Origin: Ascidiella aspersa
Lineage: Eukaryota
DNA length: 64,000 bases
Direction of reading: 5' to 3'
Assembly (NCBI GenBank): GCA_963924565.1
Contig: OZ004611.1
Span: forward strand, 24,614,001-24,678,000
The notes under the pieces were generated by a model. It worked only from the letters and a program-made list of their open reading frames with translations, was not told the origin of the DNA and searched no databases. The position numbers and the translations under genes are program-made. Positions 27,859 through 40,000 of this stretch are shown here, one piece after another. Each line of letters begins with the position of its first letter. The first letter of the stretch is position 1.

Positions 27859-29621
27859 ATGCAGTCAGCAAAGAAAGTTTTAACGCACCTAACGGATAAA
27901 ATTTTGGACGTCGAGCCAACCTGTGACAATGACGATATTGTAGGCACATCGCCCAATGAGAACGATTTAACTACGCTAGCACAGGAGCGGTTGGCAGCTA
28001 TTGACCGTTTGAATGCAGAAATATTAGAACTTCGGCTGTCTAATACTCAACACCTCAATGCTTTAGATCTCTCTCGACATAACACACGTCAGTTGAAAGA
28101 ACAACTTCGCATAGATCATCAGGCACACTCGTTAGCGATAAAGCAAAAGGAGACTGACGTGAAACAACTAGAGAAAATGATAAAAAGGATGATCGCGTTA
28201 GATCAGTGGCGTTGTCAGCTTTAGCAAAACGGCCAGCAACCGCTGCTATCCTACAGGAAATTCAAACAACCGTTTCTGAAGCAGCACCCCCGTATACGTC
28301 CCAAATTTATCCCGAACTGCCTACCAGCAGTGCGAATACCGCTCACACAATATTAATCACCGAAAATAATCCGCCTGATAGTGCAACAACCCCTTCTACA
28401 AGCAGAGCTCATTTTGATACAACTTTGCCTTCCTCGTCTGCATACACACCCATTTATTCTCGTGAAATCCCTGAGCCGCGAGGTTTGTTTTCTAGCAGTG
28501 ACGAGCCTCAGACGTTAACCCTTGACAACTCGGTTAGAAAAAAGGTTGATTTAGCACAATTAGTACGCTGTGTACCGGGACAGGAAAAGATTTGGTTTGA
28601 ATTAAATACTAGCAATCTGCAGAAACATGGTTTGACGACACAAAACATTTTAACGACCCTACTTGCAACGACTGATTTACACGCAGACCTAAGGAATTAT
28701 TTACAAGCTTTAATCGTAAATGCAAATATGAATGCTGATCAGAAACTAAGAATCTTGGGAGTATACATAAAAGAAACATACACTAAAACTAAATTGGCCA
28801 CAATGCAGGGGCTTAGAAAACAACTTGAGAGCATTAAATTAGATAATACCTTCATTTCTCCTTTGCAGGCCATCAGCACTATTTTTGCACAGCAAGGTTT
28901 GGTATTGGATGGACGGGCGACCGATGATCCTCATATACTATTATTTCAGGAAATTTTGTTACAAAAATTACCAACCACTATTGCTTTACAGATCGAAGGA
29001 AAATCTTGGTTTGAAACTCGGAAGATATTAAGTCGCTTGCATAATATCTCACAGGCAAAAACAACGGACAAGCCTACGGATCTAGTAATGTATAGCCATC
29101 CGACTGACAATATGCCTGTTTCTAATCCAACAAAACCTTTTGACTTAGATTCTATAACTAGTGATATGAGTGAATTGCGTGCTTTAATACTACAAAAATC
29201 GGAAAACGAGCAACCACTAAATAATAAAATATGTCTTCCATCTTCACAGGAGCAGCAAGAGATCCATAAGTATTCGGTCTTTCACATTTGCTCGGAACAT
29301 GGCCATTTAGCACCTGACTGTGACATAACAAGGATTATGCACAAAAAGGGCTGGAAGGTAACACGTGACCCATCGGCAAATCTTGCTTCGATTGACCCTT
29401 CCATTCCAAAATGTCTTCGAGGACGAAACTTCAGAATGCCCTGGACTCAATTTCGTGGAAATGACAGGTGCAATTATCCGCAACAGGACCGCAATGATAG
29501 AGGTAGGAACGATTTTTACCATTCCACCCGACATGCAACGCCACCACAGGCTTTCCGTGCCAATTCTAATCGCTTTCAAAAAAACAAATTTCGGGTGCTG
29601 CCAAGTCCTTGCCAGCTTTAA
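27859..29621 (+). CDS. gag: Gag (coiled-coil N-terminus; one frameshift near 28178; degenerate CCHC knuckle)
   Basis: ORFs 27850-28224 and 28206-29621 join if one A is restored in gagaaaatgat. The knuckle F-HI-C-SEHG-H-LAPD-C has its first Cys replaced by Phe. The position is between the PBS and the protease. Confidence 0.8.
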
Positions 29622-32600
29622 GCCCCCAGGCAGTGTTTTTACCTAATGACTATCCTATTTTAGCATCTGTTAACAGTACTAATCTGCATTTATTTGTAAC
29701 TGATGAGGTCACTTGCCAACCATTTTTATTGGACACGGGTGCATCTTCCAATATCGTACATTCTTCTGCATTAGGTTCTACGAGTGAAGTACTACAATCT
29801 AATTCGACATTTAACACATTAAATGGGTCGATTGCTCCAATTGCTTCCCAAGGAAAAGTAAATCTATCAATAAATATTTCAGGCCAATCACGCAGTTTGC
29901 AGTTTGAAGTTTTAGATTGCACGCCATGCAACATAATAGGGTTGCCTGATATAATGAAATATGATCTATTGCCGGAAAGCAGTCTGGCAATACATGGCAC
30001 GCACCAGGAAGCGGCCCACGTATTAACAATTTTGCGCTCAGCTGACAAAGGACTTTCTAATAACAACATTTCGTATGATCAGGCCTGCAGAATTGCTAAC
30101 TCTCAACAGCCTCGAACTAAAGTTGAAACGCCTGCGAAGACTTTGATTTCACCAAATAAAATTGATCCAATAATTGATTGATCCAATAAATCGTCATCCG
30201 GTTTTCTTAGTAAAAAAAAAGCCAAGTGGATTTCGAGTGGTGGTTGATTTTAAAAAGTTAAACTCTTTGATGACGACAGACGATTACAATTTGCCGAGAA
30301 TGGATTCTGTGTCGAAGTACATCCAAGGTAAAAAGTTTTTTTCTTCAATTGATTTATGTAAGGCTTTTCACCACGTTCCGGTGAGTCCAGAGTCTCGTAA
30401 TTACCTTGGCCTTGCCACTGAGTTCGGGACGATGGCCTGGTCACGATCTCCGATGGGCATTAGAAATGCGGCCGGAGTTTATCAAGCAAATATGGACGTT
30501 ATAGCTAAAGAAATATTAACTAACTATAATGAATGGCGCACCAATCAGGGCATGCAACCCGTCGCGGAAGTTGTAAAAACCTATATAGATGACATATTAA
30601 TTTCGACGGCAACCGAAGAAGAACATTTAATTTTAATCGATTTAACCTTTAAGATGTTATCCCATTACAATTTGACTGTAAACAAGGACAAATGCAATTT
30701 TGGAAAAGATCGCGTAACCTTTTTGGGCCACATCGTTTCTGCTGAAGGTGAACAGCCGCTGCTTTCACGACTACAGGGTTTAAATGACCAACCTTTGCCG
30801 CGCACGATAAACGATTTACGCAAATGGCTTGGTGTGGTGCGATATGAAAAACGTCACGTTCCTCACTTAGCAGAATTAACAGTTTCACTAGATCAAATCG
30901 GCAAGAATGTCAGCGCGAAGGAATCATCTAAAACAATGATTCAGTGGACACGCGAACTTTTAGAAGCGTTCCTCTTGACACGTGAAGCCATGTTAAATTC
31001 AGCGACCCTGCGTTCTTATGACCCAAGCCGCCTTTTGCAAATTGCAACTGATGCATCTGGCCTTGCAGCAGGAGCAGTTCTTTTTCAATTGTCCGCAACA
31101 AACAAAATTGAACCGCTGGGGTATTTCAGTCGCGCTTTTAACTCTGCTCAACAGCGCTATTCGACATTCGTACGCGAACTGCTTGCCTTACGTTTAGGTT
31201 TGCAATATTTTCGAACGTACCTTGAGTCCAACACTTTCATAATCCATACCGATCACGCCCCCTTAATGAAGGCTCTACAAGGAGGCAACACGCCTCTTAA
31301 AGGATTGTCAGCGGGACTGGTTAGGTCAAATCCTTGAATTCAGTTTTGAAATAAAGCATGTAAAAGGGTGTGACAACATAATTGCTGATTATTTCAGTCG
31401 TGAGGGCTGCAACACGTCTAACGCATCTCAGAAGACATTTTTATACTTTGCAAAAACCCAGTTTCCCCCCTCTCTGTCTATAAACCGCTTGCATAATCTA
31501 CAACTAGAAGCATTCTGTCAATGCAAAAGCAACCAATGTGCTAAACGCCACGTCAAACCGTCTCAAATAACTGATCTACCTAAAGGGCCGTTGATAATGT
31601 GCGACGAGCCAGGTTTACTTGACCGTGTTTTGTTACCTACAGAACCTTCACAGCGTTTTGTGTTTGATTCGTATCATGGCTATACCCATCACGGCCCGAG
31701 CATAACTTGGAATGCTTTGCGACAGATTTATCATGGTCCCCATTTTCGCAAAAACATATTGCGTTGGTCTAACGATTGTCAGGTTTGCATAAAAAACCGT
31801 CCGAAACGCTTAGAAGAGGTACCGTTAAAACCATTTCAATATCCAAGTGGAAGATTGCGCACTGTTCATATGGACGTTTTTGCATTACCTCCATCAACTA
31901 CCAACCCTTCCTATACCAAACTTCTCACAATGATCGACCGCGACAGTTCTTATGTAGTTCTTGCGCCCCCTTTACATGAAACCGCCAGTCAAATCATCGA
32001 TGCATTTCGCAAATTCTGGCTCGCCTATTTTTCCGCGCCTGAAGTTCTAGTGTCTGACAATGGCCCCAACTTCCGGTCAAATGAATTTCGTTCTTTCTGC
32101 TCTGATAGCAATATCGAACATCGTTTGTGTACACCTTACAACCCCCGCGCAAATGGAAAAATTGAACGCATGCATCGCTCTCTACGTGATCTAATTTCTG
32201 CTCAGCCGTATAAAGAAGCGTGGTTACAATATCTAGCGTGGTTACAACTTTCCATAAATTCTATGTGGCGCGAACAAATGAACACTTCATCTTTTCAGTC
32301 CCTTTTTGGAATAACGCCACGCACTCCTGTTCATGTGACTGCACCGCTTTTGTCCAGTTTTCCTCCTGAGCACACTGGAAGTGCTCCGGGTCTGATACAT
32401 AGTCGACTGCCTCAGAAATCTGTAAGTGACGCTGCCCCATCTCGTTGGGAAGACGCCACTCATGCCTTTTTGCCTGTTCGTTCGCGCGGAAATAAAATAG
32501 CACCTGTAAGGGAAGGTCCTTTCCGCATTGTACGTTTGACGCGCACCAATGTAACTGTCGATTTGTCGCAAAATGAATTGCGCACGATTCCGCGTGATCA

Positions 32601-32682
32601 GGCATATCACTCCACACGAGTATGCAAAGGAATGCACTTGCACCCGTGTGGAACGACAAGTAACTCTTTGCATAGGAACTAA
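29582..32682 (+). CDS. pol: Pol: protease, RT, RNase H, integrase (frameshifted)
   Basis: Protease LLDTGA; RT FRVVVDFKKLN, IDLCKAFH, SPMG and YIDD; RNase H TDASG/RELLA/TDH; integrase HHCC, D-D-E (HMDV, SDNG, IERMHR) and GPF. Frame breaks at ~30170 (16-bp duplication) and ~31300 (extra base). Confidence 0.95.
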
Positions 32683-34480
32683 TGAAATACGCGTACCATC
32701 ATTACGTAACACCTGGGTAAAATTTCGATATTCATTGCCAGCTGACAAACTACCATCTCTCTACGTTAATTCGTTCACCTTATTATCTTTGTTTTTAACA
32801 ACTTTACTCGAAAAGTTTGTACGGATAAAAGCGGTAGTAACGGTTGGGTCTGCCTCTTACCTAACTAGAAATACGTCGATTGACGATTTCGTTTACTCTG
32901 TAATTCCTAATATTTGTGACACTCATCTCACAACCCGATTACAGGTTTTAAATGACGCAGAACCTTGCAGCACAGCAGGTTGTGTTGGTGCCCTTCGCCT
33001 TTCAATCCCTGTTGGCACGATAGGTCATTATAGGACAAATGTACGCGTACATGACGACGATAATAATGTGCCCGGATGTTCAGAGCCTTATCTCAGTTTT
33101 TGGTCGACCACCCAACAGATTGGCACCATTCACCGAAAACCAAAAACTGCCCCTCGCATCTTTGTAAACATATCGCTATTTGAACCTCGTTTTTCTCACT
33201 TTTCGTCTAATGAATTAATTGTTACTATACAACAACGGGGTAATTTAAACGCTCGTCTCCTTGATTTATTTTTGTTAGCTTATCCACAAGAATGGTTTCC
33301 CAATAACACCATAATAACGAACCGTAAAGCTTCCTTTCCTGTTCGTTAGCTACGGACCGCGCATGTCTAAAAAAAAGTCGCGCCCCTTCATGTCGTTTAG
33401 CAACTGGTTCTCCAAGGGTCGCCATAGCACATAAAATAACCCTTGCCCCTTTTTGGCAATGCAAGTAATATTCCAGTAGCTCCCGTACGTTTTAGACCGA
33501 CTCACTTTCGTACAAAGCGTTTTCTTTTTATGTCTTTGATTGCTTGTTTGTTTTCCGAGGCAACGATTCACTATGAAATGCACAAATTTAAAACAGAACT
33601 GAATTCTAGGCTAAATACCCTCCAAAAACAAATAGACCAAAAATTCACGGCTACTGAACTCCAGATCCAAAGCATGGCTTCTTCCTTACAACAAACAAGT
33701 TTTGCAGTTGAAGATTTACACGACGGGACAGAAGCACTCGCCCGCGACTTGCGAAACTTTGAACAAATGCAACTTTCCGAAGACCGTCAATTACTCCGCC
33801 TAATACAACAAAACCGTCTCCTTGGGCTACAAAACCAACGTGAGCAACTTGAGGCGTCTCAAATTTCTCTCGCCACTTCCACCGCTGAACGTGATTTGCT
33901 CCGTGCCTGCCTTCGTTCACTACACACCCTTGGAAACCTCACCCGGGATAACACTTCGGTTTATTCCTTCACCTTATCAAAAGGCATTCTAAGACTTTCT
34001 CGCCTTGCAAAAATTGAGTCTATGGAAGCCTCCAACACTTCCGATACGAACTTCACCGGAATAAGCGCGATCCTTCACCGACAAGACACAAACATCTCTA
34101 AGACACTTGAAGAAGACATCGCACGTCTCGACAACACAAGTATGAATCTAACGTTCACCTTTCGTCCTTTGGTTTTCACTGAGGATAGCCACCTATTCAA
34201 CTTCTCGCATGACGATTTTTTTGCCGATGCTGGTGCAGGACTCAACTCAATCGAAGGCGTCCTTGACACAGGACTAAACGACGTAAGGGACGTCGTTGAC
34301 AACACAGTAGATGACGCCACCGGACTTTTAGGCCAACCCCTTTTAATGGTTGCAATCATCGGAAGTTCGGCGCTAGCAGCATTTTTACTTCTCATCGGCG
34401 GATGCTACGCATGGAATCGTTTTCGTCACAGTCAAGACAATGGCAAACACCGACAAGGAATTGCGTTATCAACTCTCTAA
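32573..34480 (+). CDS. env: Env-like class I fusion glycoprotein (SU part frameshifted, TM part open)
   Basis: RTKR at 33509-33520 is followed by hydrophobic FLFMSLIACLF, a long heptad region, several N-x-S/T sequons and a C-terminal TM (LLMVAIIGSSALAAFLLLIGGCYAW). The Cys-containing upstream ORF is 32573-33349. Confidence 0.8.
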
Positions 34481-34492
34481 AAAGGGGGGAAG
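34479..34492 (+). promoter_or_regulatory. Polypurine tract
   Basis: aaaaaggggggaag lies just before the 3' LTR and overlaps the env stop codon. Confidence 0.9.
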
Positions 34493-34494
34493 CA

Positions 34495-35028
34495 TGTTGC
34501 GGTCTTGCAACATCTTTAGCCGTTAGTAATTACTTAAGGAATACTAAATTAACACATTCAGTACCCAATGGGTTTTAAACATTCGTGCATTTCATAGGCG
34601 CCGGTTACCACGATATTACCTCGCGAATCTGTGTATGACTATAGCATGTGAGGTCACGCGAGGATTGTGAAATTTAAGCAAAATGGTTTGATTATGTTTC
34701 GTTATTGTTTCAGTAGTGATAAGTTTTTGTTCGAGAATGTTATAGATTGTTAGCGTTTTGTCTTTTTGTATTGATGCGGTTTTGAAGATATATTTTATGA
34801 TAGGTAAAGTGTTATGTAAAATTATTTGATTAGTTGTTGATTGTTCAGTTGCTAATGTATGTAAATTATCGTTATTTGCAAGCTCGTTGTTGTGTGAATA
34901 ATTAATAATGCTAATTACCTTTTTTGGTATTTTTGAGAATCAGGCAGATATTCTTACTAAGGCAGAACATTAGCGCTAAGATACAAATTATCAGAGCTCA
35001 CGCTAAATTGTTGTTACAAGTCGTAAAA
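34495..35028 (+). repeat. 3' LTR
   Basis: Direct repeat of 27231-27764, preceded by a polypurine tract. Confidence 0.96.
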
Positions 35029-37072
35029 ATAGTGTTGCTTTCTTTGCCAGAAATTACTCAAATATTCTGGATGCCCGATTTGCTAAAACTATCGAAAGTT
35101 AAATATTCGGCACATTTCTTTTTCAACAAATTGTTTGCTTGGCATGAAGTTATATTTAGATCGATTTTTTTAACTTGACGCTCGATGTCGCCTGTCTTTT
35201 TATTTTTCATCGAATGGCCTGCATTATCTTTGCTTTGTAAAGAAGTTTCAAATTGAATATTTTGCTACTAATACTTTTTTCATATAGCACTCTTTATAGT
35301 AATCTATCATCATGTCTGTTTACTCGTTTTCGAATCACATTTCCTGAGAACAAAACTTGTGCACTTTCGTCTATTTATGCTATAACCGACCTAATTTTAT
35401 TTTCACGTTTAAGCACAAATACATTTTTGGTTTAGCTCTATATTATGATCAAACTTTATAGTTTCATGTAATTGAATCATTTAACATCCATTATAAGCGT
35501 TATTTGCTCACTGCATTTGTTGAAATGAAAATGTTAGGACTGAAATGTTAAGTTCTCTCTTAAACTAAAAAGAGCCCTTGAAACAAACTCTTAGTGCACC
35601 ATTAACAATGCGAGAATAAATGAATGACATCGTTGCAATATAAACCAGGTGTAAACGCAATTAAACGGCACCAATGGATAAATAGAGTATATGTCCATTT
35701 TCTCCACACTGCACAAAGCCAGGAAATCATTAATTGCGGGCTACAGTGGCATAAATGGAAAACGATTCAACCGCAATTGCGTATGAATTTTTAAACTGAA
35801 AACAAAAGATATACAACAATACGTTTCTTAATACATAAAGGTTAAACGTATACACTGGTCATTATTTTAGAGAAAAATGTCACGGCTTTTTGACACTAAT
35901 TGAATTGAATTCGGTTGATTTTACAGTTTTACTAATCGCAAACAAAGTGCCACGAACATAAAGGCTGAAGGTTTAGTTAAACGAAGCAGTGTTGAAAATC
36001 AATAAAAATATATCCAAAATGTTTAAAATGGTAACTATTGTGTTTGGGTTTGATATTCCTATACTAGGATGCCAAATGGTTAGAATGCTTTTTACTAAAA
36101 GACAAGAACACATAAAATTAAAAAATCCGCGTTTGACGTACAACTTAAAAATCTGCGTTTGGAACTACATGAACCGAAAAGCATTACTACAGCTGAAACG
36201 CCCACATAAATAACGTTAACCCACAGTTGTTCCCATTTAGAGTAAAACCATAATTTTTTGGAACTTAAAAAATACACACTTGCATAATACATTTTCAGGA
36301 TACAACTTAACACAGCGGACGACTGAGAAAAAAACGAATGTTACGTAAATTAGGCCGTTGGCGACTCGACTATTAGCCTATATTGCAGCATCTACAGTAC
36401 AAATTAAAGCAGGGTCTGTAGAGCCGTAGTCGGACTCGAGACTATTTTGGACTACGGAGTAGAGAAAGACTCTTATAGACTCTTATAGTGCGCTTGTGCA
36501 GTAAGTTTGGAATCGATAAGATCGCAACTGCAAATTGGAATGGTTGAATAACAGATGGTGAAAGATCATTCAACACCAAATTGTGGTGCTTTTGAGTTAA
36601 AGACAACCCTATAAGCGGATTACTGTATGTTTGCTTTATTTTTAGGGGGATAAGTAGCACATAGGATGATAGAGTCGGTTTCGGATTTGGGACTCGGCGG
36701 AATCGTTAAATTTGGCTCGAGTTGGACTCAGGACTCAGGAATGGGACTCATTTTTATGTTTTCGGTCAGCGTCGGACTCGGGTTGTACAAAACCGACTCC
36801 GCAACCGGCTTTAAAGCAGGGTTCGGAGTCGGACTCGAGACTCGACATATTTGGTTTGTTTAGCTAGAGTCGGACTCGAAACTCGGGACTCGAGTAAGAC
36901 ATTACCAAAATTTCAAACTAACAAGGCAGCCAACTGTAAATTGTAAAGGTGTACGAAAATCGCACATTTTGCCGGAGTCGAACTCGGGACTTGGAATCGG
37001 GTTAATTGTTTTGTCCGGAGTCCGACTGTTATTTTAAACCGACTCCACAGTCCTGCTGCAAAGTATCAGTTT

Positions 37073-40000
37073 CTAAGCCAGTCCTCCTTTCCGACACCTT
37101 TCGGTGCACATCACCAGCGCGGCGCTGAGCAGCGAACAGAAACCGATTATATAATACAGGCGTGAAGTCGGCAGAACGATGCGGTCGTTTCGTGGGAGGT
37201 AATCGAACCCATAATCGCTTTCCTCGAGCTCTATCAAGTAGCCGAAGTTGTTTAGAAACAGTTCGACCCGATTCGAATCGTTGGCCGGCACAAGAGCGGC
37301 GTCCGTGATTTGTGCGGCGAAATTCTCGGAACCGGGCCAGAAACCGCGGTGGATGATTTTACCGTTGCCCGTCGCGCGATCCATCAGGTCGTAGACTATG
37401 TGCCAAGCCTGAAAAAAAGCCTTCTTGTTGGAGCCGATGTGCCACACGAACGGGCCCATGTAGTGCAGCGTGCTCGGGTACACGTTGTCGTCGTACACCA
37501 ACTTTATGTTGGTCGTGTTCTTGCCCAGTTTCGTTCGCAGGATTCCGGTAATGAACACGTCCTCCAAATGCATGTCGTACCTGTCGATCAAACAGTCAAT
37601 CAAATTTTATTTGTTTAACTAGTTGTTTTCGTTTTTTTATTGTTTTTTTAAGAGCGACCCCCTAAACTAAAGTTTTAATCTATGAGAATTACATCTGATT
37701 TAACGTTCTGTCGATAACCAAACGCAAGCGTTAAAAAAATGGGTTTGAAGCAAAAATTTGCAATTATCTGATAGACCGCGCTGTTAATTCACACAAAAAT
37801 TAATACGGCAATTTCGCAAATCAATTGGTGGACCTTTTGTTATCGCTAACCTCCAAACTGTGACAAGCTTTATTTTATTATTATGTTCAGAAAATAAAAT
37901 GTACTGGCATCATGTTTTAAATAAATGAACAAAATACTCTTATGTTTTATATTACGATCGTGAAGCATCGATACGTTAGCTATAAGCCATCTAGTGTCAC
38001 CTTGGAGTGATTTGAGCTTGCCGGTAGATGTCGCTCAACATGGGGAACATCATCACGATAAAACCTCCGTGACAAAACGGAGCCAGATGCCCGAATGAGT
38101 AGGTTTCCTTCGAGAGAGAGTACTTCCCCTCTCTGTAAAGAAAGCTTTAAAGTTAAAAAGATTCTGAAAGACTAAAACAGGTGTATTGCAGTCACGGCTG
38201 AAGTGTAAACGTTGAAATTAGTAGGACAAATACAAATACACATATTTGTCTTCAAAATAATGGAATCAGGCGGTTATGTTTAAGAAAACATTTTTGAAAT
38301 TTAAATGTCTTGCTTACTTAAACCTCTACATTAAGATAAACTTTATAGTTGAAATTGTATTACATATTTATTGCCCCAATGATTTAAGACAGGGGGTTTC
38401 TAGCAGCTTATACACTGTCATTCGATTAAACACCAAAATTAAACACCTGAAATGGGCGAAAATGTAACATGTTTAAAAATAAACGTGTTTAAATTTCAGG
38501 TGTTTAGACGTTTTGCCGTTTATTCGGTCAGGTGTTTAGGGCTAGTATTCAGTGTTTCCAAATCAATTCCACAAAAATTTCATTAGGTAAACCAGTTTAT
38601 TGTGCGAAAAAGGTGAAAAACAACACAAAAAGCTCAACACAGTTAAAGTTGAAAAAAAGGGTTAAACTTGAAAAGGAAAACTATACATTAAAAATTGAAG
38701 TGCTCATATTAGAAATAAAAAGAGGTAGGAAAACAGAAAACATACAATGGAAGTGTTTATGCAAACAGAAATATGTATGCGACATAAAATAAAAAAGAGA
38801 AAAAGTAAATAAAAACAACAAAAGATATATATATATATTTTTTTTAATAAGGTTGGGTCTTTAGTAGGTTGTTTGAAACCAAATTAAGTAATAGTTCAAA
38901 TTTTTTTTGCAAACAAAATGTGATAAAAAAACAGAAAAAGTAAAAAAAAGCACAGAAAAAGGAGATATATTACAAAGTTAAAACCTTTATTATAAGATTT
39001 ATAATTGCTATGCTTGGCAAATTTTCACGGTGGGGCCTTAATTAAGTGGTTTAAAAACATATAAACACAGAGCAACAGGGTGGATAACTTAAATCCAGTG
39101 CATATTAACAGGCTCGAATATTAATGAAATATAACTTAACAATTCGTTCAATAAGTGTTGTTCTTCCACAAATTTAATGTCCATCCACTAATATACAAAT
39201 GCAGAAACGCTGCTGTGCCGTACAAAGGTTTGCCTGTTAAAGGCCTTAAAGAGTTCTTCTTTAAGACGAGTTGATCATGGCTGCCTAAAAAATAAAATGG
39301 AGATCAATATAATATACTGCAATAATTAAATTATACACTGTCACTGAACAACTTTTTATTCATTTGCTGTTATTCACCAAAACCACTACATGCCACGTCA
39401 TAAAACTATGTTTTAGTTTGTCACCTATCACTACACAAGCATATTATTATGATGTGTTCTAGGTTTGGTGGCAATGTACTATTTAAGCATAGCATTAGAA
39501 AATGTATTAATTAATAGTTATGTTACACTGTAACTTAATGACAGCGCAATGATTACAAAATAAGTTCATTTTTATTTGTATTGATATTTCCATGACCCTC
39601 TAAAATTAAAAAAAAGGTTTAACCCTACTTTGAAAACCAATTAAACCATTAAATAATTTCAGATAAAAAGTAAAAATGTGGGCCAGAATATTGTATTGGC
39701 CATTATGTTCTATTAAAATAGTTGCTTAAACTAGTGATACACAATCTGACCTAAAAAATTTGCCCATTACTGGGACATGCAGACCAAACATTATACACAA
39801 GTTGTGTAACACAACACACATAAATTAAATATCCATTTAACTATGTATTTACCACAAATTTTAAAGTTCGATAAAAGAACTTAAGAAGAAAATTTGAGTT
39901 TGTTTACCTTGTGTATCAATTTCAGTAGATCTGTACTCTTTTGTTGTTTTCCGCTTGAACTTTGTCACAGACTTTCATTTTACCATCTTACACTGGATTT

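Larger units (their letters stand above)
27231..35028 (+). mobile_element. Ty3/Gypsy LTR retrotransposon with env-like ORF (endogenous retrovirus-like)
   Basis: Two 534-bp LTRs and a 5-bp TSD ATAGT (27226-27230, 35029-35033). Other units show the empty site (cata(g/a)tgtt). Domain order is PR-RT-RH-IN, with a PBS and a PPT. Confidence 0.97.
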
